From the NCBI GenBank assembly GCA_043797125.1, contig JAZDPX010000006.1:6921-70920 (forward strand): DNA of 64,000 nt, in the 5' to 3' direction. Origin of the DNA: Candidatus Omnitrophota bacterium. GTDB lineage: Bacteria > Omnitrophota > Gorgyraeia > JABMRG01 > JAFGKX01. Made by a program: the position numbers and the translations under genes. The notes below the pieces were generated by a model that saw nothing but the letters and a program-made list of their open reading frames with translations, did not search any database and had not been told where the DNA came from. Shown here piece by piece: positions 60,177-64,000 of the stretch (its first letter is position 1; the number at the start of each line of letters is the position of its first letter).

Positions 60177-61391
60177 TTATTTCAACGCGCTTGCCAAATT
60201 AAATATCGGCAAATACATCGCGACAACCAATGCCCCGACTATGACCCCTATGCCGACTATCAGCGCGGGCTCAAACAGGGCAGTGAGCCTGGTAATGGTG
60301 GCGTCGACTCTCTCCTGATAAAACAAAGCAGCCTTCTCAAGCATATTAGCCAGCTCCCCTGATTCCTCGCCTACCCCAACCATATGCGAAAGCATATCAG
60401 GAAACACGTCGCTTTCAATCATAGGCGCTGACATTGTCTTTCCCTGTCTTACGTTTTCCTTGACCTTGGTAAGCACATCCATTATTATTACGTTCCCGGC
60501 GCTCTCTATAACTATATCCATTGCGTGCAAAATCGGGGTGCCGCTTTTTATAAGCATGCTCAGGCCTTTCGCGAACCTGACTCCTGAAATCTGCCGAACA
60601 AGATTTCCCACTATAGGGGCTGCTAATAAAAATTTGTCTATTGTCCTTTTTCCTGAAGCTGTCCTTTGATAGGAACGAAACATAAAAATTATCCCCACAA
60701 TTAAACCTATCTCCAGTAAAATGAATTTTTTTATCGTCATGCTGATATTAAATACTATCTGCGTAAAAAGCGGCAGTTCTGCCCCAAACCCGGAATATAT
60801 ATTCGCGAACATCGGTATAAGTTTCATGACAAATACTATAATCGCGACAAAAGCAACGCCTAAAATCACTGCCGGGTAAATAAGGGCGTTTATAATCTTT
60901 CGCTTGAAAGCCGCTGTTGCTTCAAGATACGGCGCAAGCTGCTCCAATGCAAATCCAAGCTGGCCTGTTGCCTCGCCTGTTTCTATTATATTTACCCAGA
61001 ACCTGGAAAATATCTTAGGATATTTCGCTATTGAATCGCTTAAGGAGCTGCCTCCTGCAACATCCTTCTTTGTACCTAACAGCGCTTCATTAAGCCGGCG
61101 GCTTGTGACCTGCTCACTGGTTATCTCCAGGCTGCGCAGCAGGCTTATGCCCGCGTTTATAAGGGTTGTAAGCTGCCTTGCGAAAATTATTAAATCATCC
61201 TGCGAAACTTTTGTGTGGAAACGTTTGCCCTTCTTTGCCCTTCTATTGCTTTTTTCCGTAAGCGCGAAAGATATAACAATTAGCCCGCGGGACTGAAGGG
61301 CCTCAACCAGATCATCTTCATTATTAGATGAAAACACTCCGCGTTTTAAGCTGCCGTCTTTTGTTCTTGCCGTATACCTGAAATTAGGCAT
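60177..61391 (-). CDS. pilC: Type IV pilus / T2SS inner-membrane platform protein
   Basis: FARQLTTLINAG, GEATGQL, ALIYP, GEESGEL, FEPA, AMYLP. Confidence 0.93.
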   Translation of the reverse strand: MPNFRYTARTKDGSLKRGVFSSNNEDDLVEALQSRGLIVISFALTEKSNRRAKKGKRFHTKVSQDDLIIFARQLTTLINAGISLLRSLEITSEQVTSRRLNEALLGTKKDVAGGSSLSDSIAKYPKIFSRFWVNIIETGEATGQLGFALEQLAPYLEATAAFKRKIINALIYPAVILGVAFVAIIVFVMKLIPMFANIYSGFGAELPLFTQIVFNISMTIKKFILLEIGLIVGIIFMFRSYQRTASGKRTIDKFLLAAPIVGNLVRQISGVRFAKGLSMLIKSGTPILHAMDIVIESAGNVIIMDVLTKVKENVRQGKTMSAPMIESDVFPDMLSHMVGVGEESGELANMLEKAALFYQERVDATITRLTALFEPALIVGIGVIVGALVVAMYLPIFNLASALK

Positions 61392-61401
61392 TTTATACCT
61401 C

Positions 61402-63102
61402 TTATATTTCGTACGCTGTGCTCAATACTTCCTGAATGCTTGTTACCCCGTCTTGAACCTTTTGCAGGCCGTTGTACAAAAGAGACTTCATGCCTTCCTC
61501 TTGCGCAAGCTTATTAATCTGGGCGATAGTGGCATTTTGCGATATCATTTCTTTCAGCTTCGCGGAAACTACTACAATCTCTGTCAGGGCCGTCCTTCCA
61601 GAATAACCTGTATTATGGCATTTTTGGCAGCCTTTAGCTTTAAAAATCTGCCTTTTAGGTAAATTGTATTTTTTTATCAAATCAACCTGCGTTTCATCCG
61701 GTTCTTTGCAGATTTGGCATAATTTTTTTACTAACCGCTGGGCCATTATCATAATAAGGCCTGAAGCAACAAGGTAAGGTTCAACTCCTATATCAATCAA
61801 TCTTGTAGCCGCGGAGGGAGCATCATTGGTATGCAGCGTTGAAAAGACAAGATGCCCTGTAAGCGCCGCTCTCATGCAAATCTGCGCTGTCTCAAGATCC
61901 CTGATTTCTCCTACCATCATAATATCGGGGTCCTGCCTTAAAAAGGAGCGCAGAGCGTTTGCGAATGTCAGGCCTATGTTTGGCTTTACCTGAACCTGGT
62001 TAATGCCCTCTATATTATATTCAACGGGGTCTTCGATTGTTATAATATTTTTGCTCGGGCTTTTGATGAAATTTAAAGCGGAATAAAGTGTTGTGGATTT
62101 ACCGCTTCCAGTAGGCCCTGTAATAAGTATAAGCCCGTACGGGTGCAATATGGCTTCTTTAAATTTCTTTGCGTCGTCCTCTGAAAATCCTAATTTATCC
62201 AATTCAAAAGAAATAATCCCCTTATCCAATATCCTTAATACCGCCTTTTCGCCGAATATCGTAGGAATTACAGAAGCGCGTATGTCAATGCCTCTGTCTT
62301 CCACCTGTATGCTGAAACCGCCGTCCTGTGGAAGCCTTTTTTCAGCTATATCCATTTTGGATAAAATCTTTATTCTTGAAATCAAGGCCGGCAAAAGATG
62401 CTGGGATGGCGGGGCTATATTATGAAGAACGCCGTCTATCCTGAAACGCACGTTTATCTTCTGTTTAAAAGGCTCGACATGTATATCGCTTGCCCTTTCC
62501 TTCACTGCCTGGATCAGCAAAAGATTCACCAGTTTTATAACAGGGGCCTCCTCTGCCTTAGCCACCATATCCTCAAGGCTGACCTTGTCGTCTCTTTCTT
62601 CAATTATGCCTTCTTTTGCAGAATAGCTCTCTTCTACAGCGTCTCTGAGCATCTCTCTTTTGCCATAGAATTTATCTATTGCCTCACGCAAATCAACTCT
62701 TGTAGCTATTATAGGATTTACCTCGCAGCCGGTAATCCTTCTAAGATTATCGATAACAAGAAGGTCAAGCGGGTTAAATAGCGCTACATTTAGAAAATTG
62801 GCGTGCTTAGAAAGCGGCAAGACCATCTGCTGCCTGGCGAAATCTTCGGGAACCAATCTGTGGAGGTCTTGTTCCTCGGACGGGACTAACGAACCTGCCT
62901 TGATGCTTGCGAAAGGTATGTCCAGCTGCCTTGCCAAAGCATCGCATACATCTTTTTCAGTAACAAAATTGTTTTTAATCAGGATATCGCCTATAGGACG
63001 GCCGCTTTGCTTCTGAAGGCGCAGGACTTCCTCAAGCTGTGAATTTGTTATCAGGCCCTGCTTGATTAATATCTCGCCTAATTTAAACTTTGATTTTCTC
63101 AT
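61402..63102 (-). CDS. pilB: Type IV pilus assembly ATPase (PilB/GspE) with MshEN-like N-terminus
   Basis: KLGEILIKQG, ASDIHVEP, RLPQDG, GPTGSGKSTT, TIEDPVE, RQDPD, GEIRD, STLHTND, tetracysteine motif. Confidence 0.95.
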   Translation of the reverse strand: MRKSKFKLGEILIKQGLITNSQLEEVLRLQKQSGRPIGDILIKNNFVTEKDVCDALARQLDIPFASIKAGSLVPSEEQDLHRLVPEDFARQQMVLPLSKHANFLNVALFNPLDLLVIDNLRRITGCEVNPIIATRVDLREAIDKFYGKREMLRDAVEESYSAKEGIIEERDDKVSLEDMVAKAEEAPVIKLVNLLLIQAVKERASDIHVEPFKQKINVRFRIDGVLHNIAPPSQHLLPALISRIKILSKMDIAEKRLPQDGGFSIQVEDRGIDIRASVIPTIFGEKAVLRILDKGIISFELDKLGFSEDDAKKFKEAILHPYGLILITGPTGSGKSTTLYSALNFIKSPSKNIITIEDPVEYNIEGINQVQVKPNIGLTFANALRSFLRQDPDIMMVGEIRDLETAQICMRAALTGHLVFSTLHTNDAPSAATRLIDIGVEPYLVASGLIMIMAQRLVKKLCQICKEPDETQVDLIKKYNLPKRQIFKAKGCQKCHNTGYSGRTALTEIVVVSAKLKEMISQNATIAQINKLAQEEGMKSLLYNGLQKVQDGVTSIQEVLSTAYEI

Positions 63103-63114
63103 AAGACCATTGAC

Positions 63115-64000
63115 CTACTCAATTTCTCTCTTTTTCCTAAGCTTCTGAACTGCCTTGCTTATTTCCTCATCCCTCTCTGTTACAGCGGCTTCTTGTTCAA
63201 TTGTTGCATCCTGCGCCTGCGCAAGGCCTATCCCTTGAGCCTGCTGATCAATTTTTATGACATGCGCCGTGACAAATATAATTATCTCCGTAATAGTGTT
63301 ATCTTTTTCATGCGACTTGAACATATTTCCCAATAGCGGTATTTTGCTTAAACCAGGAACTGCCCTCTCATTAGCCACATCATCTTTCTTGAGAAGCCCG
63401 CCTATAGCTATTGTCTGGCCGTTTTTCATCATAACCGTTGTCTTGGCGCTTCGTTTTGCAGGGTCAAAAAAACCGGTCACATTAGAATCTATTACCCTGG
63501 AAACTTCCGGCTCCAATGTCATGGTTATATAATCATCCTTATTCACGGTGGGAGTAACCCTCAAAAGCACTCCTGTCTCAACTCTTTCTGCCGCAGAGCT
63601 AACCGTTCCTGTATCTGTCTGGCTTGTTGTTGTTGTTCCGATTGCTGAATTTGCTGAAATCTTGATTTCCGCTGTTTCATTATTAACAACCATAATCTTT
63701 GGCTTTGCCAGGTACTCAGCATCGTCTGTGGTCTCAAGGGCCTTAAGCACAACCTGAAATTCCGCCAAAGATAAATTGCCGAATGTATTGCCTGTGGCTG
63801 AAGTAGCTAATGTGCGGCCCCTTGTATCTGCCAGCGAACTGCCTAATAATGAACGTGAAAGAATACCGTTTTCTCTTACAAACGGGAATCCCGTATCCCT
63901 GGTAGGCCCGGTAAACGAGAAAAAATTACCCTCTGTAGTGCTGCCCCAATCAAGCCCTAAATTCTTTATAGCCTGCGTATTAACTTCAATTATCTCAGCC
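63115..64000 (-). CDS. Secretin (PilQ/GspD family), C-terminal part; 5' end outside the window
   Basis: Frame open to the edge (AEIIEVNTQAIKNLGLDW); LAKPKIMVVNNETAEI, GVLLRVTP, IGGLL, VPGLSKIPLLGNMF. Confidence 0.92.
   Translation of the reverse strand, partial: AEIIEVNTQAIKNLGLDWGSTTEGNFFSFTGPTRDTGFPFVRENGILSRSLLGSSLADTRGRTLATSATGNTFGNLSLAEFQVVLKALETTDDAEYLAKPKIMVVNNETAEIKISANSAIGTTTTSQTDTGTVSSAAERVETGVLLRVTPTVNKDDYITMTLEPEVSRVIDSNVTGFFDPAKRSAKTTVMMKNGQTIAIGGLLKKDDVANERAVPGLSKIPLLGNMFKSHEKDNTITEIIIFVTAHVIKIDQQAQGIGLAQAQDATIEQEAAVTERDEEISKAVQKLRKKREIE

Overview
64-kb chromosomal segment, nearly all genes on the minus strand. Gene content and style suggest Candidatus Omnitrophota (PVC superphylum); this is an inference from the giant repetitive secreted gene, the fused LPS genes and the type IV pilus locus. 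Left to right: (1) the 5' part (>2,230 codons) of a giant secreted repeat protein missing from the ORF track; (2) a degenerate GH94-like protein, leuS and a divergent, atypical tRNA-Ala(GGC); (3) a lipid A/Kdo/heptose operon; (4) a repeat-dense accessory segment (21.8-27.7 kb) with two secreted methyltransferase-fold proteins sharing an N-terminal 'LRP' and a C-terminal 'NSAA' motif, a probable fused ORF and a DpnI-type nuclease; (5) xerC-topA-dprA, aroK-aroC-pilD-aroE and leuA-ilvC-ilvN-ilvB-ilvD; (6) an ~18-kb surface-glycosylation locus (4 radical SAM enzymes, an orphan TPP-dependent E1 alpha/beta pair, GT2, GT9, 4 GT-C-type membrane proteins) next to two pilin genes and bounded by an exact 18-bp direct repeat; (7) pilC, pilB and a partial secretin. 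Intergenic DNA holds several families of palindromic elements, two of which show clear compensatory base changes and tandem G.A pairs. No CRISPR array, rRNA or transposase was found.
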